Source of the DNA: Pseudomonadota bacterium
Lineage (GTDB): Bacteria; Pseudomonadota; Alphaproteobacteria; Rickettsiales; UBA1997
Assembly (NCBI GenBank): GCA_018970485.1
Contig: JAGWWH010000002.1
Span: forward strand, 2,465-66,464
Length of the DNA: 64,000 nucleotides
Direction: 5' to 3'
The notes beneath the pieces were generated by a model. That model made no database searches. It worked only from the letters and a program-made list of their open reading frames with translations, and had not been told where the DNA came from. A program made the position numbers and the translations under genes. The first letter of the stretch is position 1. Each line of letters begins with the position of its first letter. Positions 63,807 through 64,000 of the stretch are shown here, piece after piece.

Positions 63807-63871
63807 AAAAAAAACCACGTTCTAACCAATAAAATTAAGCCTTCAGACCCTATTCAAAAAAGAGCAAAAAA

Positions 63872-64000
63872 ATGAAAAAAACTTGGCTAGGAATTTTCTG
63901 CTTTTTACTCACTTCTTGCCACTACGGCGCTTACTATTCCGGTCAAAAATCAAATCACTTCGACGGCAAAAAATTCATTTCCGAAGACAAAACTAAGTTG
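63872..64000 (+). CDS. 5' end of a lipoprotein gene (possibly MBL-fold hydrolase), runs off the window
   Basis: MKKTWLGIFCFLLTSCHYGAYYSGQKSNHFDGKKF... has a lipobox (LLTSC). The motif NHFDGKKF resembles N-termini of MBL-fold hydrolases (from memory). Only 43 codons are visible. Confidence 0.5.
   Translation, partial: MKKTWLGIFCFLLTSCHYGAYYSGQKSNHFDGKKFISEDKTKL

Overview
The window looks like a chromosomal segment of a low-to-moderate-GC alphaproteobacterium. Supporting features are a PopZ-like DUF2497 protein, a ddl-ftsQ-ftsA block, a Rickettsiales-style VirB8 N-terminus, dispersed type IV secretion genes, and palindromic repeats sitting in-frame inside genes. A finer taxonomic call cannot be made from the sequence alone. 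Layout: (1) nt 1-20.4k holds housekeeping genes (tsaC/sua5, argB, KirBac-type K+ channel, aroA, nuoN, nuoM, ribF, YejA-like binding protein, nfu, tRNA-Arg(CCG), cinA-like, mfd, ftsA, ftsQ, ddl), with an orphan virB8-virB9 pair wedged between cinA and mfd. (2) nt 20.7-26.6k is one 1,977-aa ORF with a VirB6/TrbL-like membrane core, a Cys-rich N-terminal ectodomain of about 1,100 aa and a charged C-terminal tail of about 540 aa. This is the most unusual object in the window. (3) nt 26.7-32.2k holds cysE, cysK, a PopZ-like gene, a 500-bp AT-rich non-coding gap, and cstA-ybdD. (4) nt 32.3-59.8k is a polysaccharide locus of about 27.5 kb. It encodes a complete GDP-heptose pathway plus Gmd-like 4,6-dehydratase and ColD-like 3-dehydratase, and a CDP-hexose pathway (rfbF, rfbG, an RfbH/E1 homologue lacking the Fe-S cysteines, a YerE-like ThDP enzyme, an SDR). 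It also carries an uncharacterised tailoring block (B12-radical SAM, Apt-MTAN fusion, Fe/2OG-oxygenase-like protein, fused E1 alpha-beta ThDP enzyme), at least seven glycosyltransferase-like genes, an O-acyltransferase and an orphan ABC ATPase. No wzx/wzy/wzm genes are visible. (5) nt 59.9-64k holds aroQ, yoeB-yefM, pssA, tkt and the start of a lipoprotein gene. I saw no rRNA, CRISPR, transposase or integrase. At least four families of short palindromic repeats are present. One family (GTCATCCCCGCGAAGGCGGGGATCCAG arms) brackets and subdivides the glycan locus. Two others appear as in-frame insertions inside mfd and the hddC-gmhB fusion gene. All family assignments come from motif recognition by eye and from memory of reference sequences. 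No database search was run.
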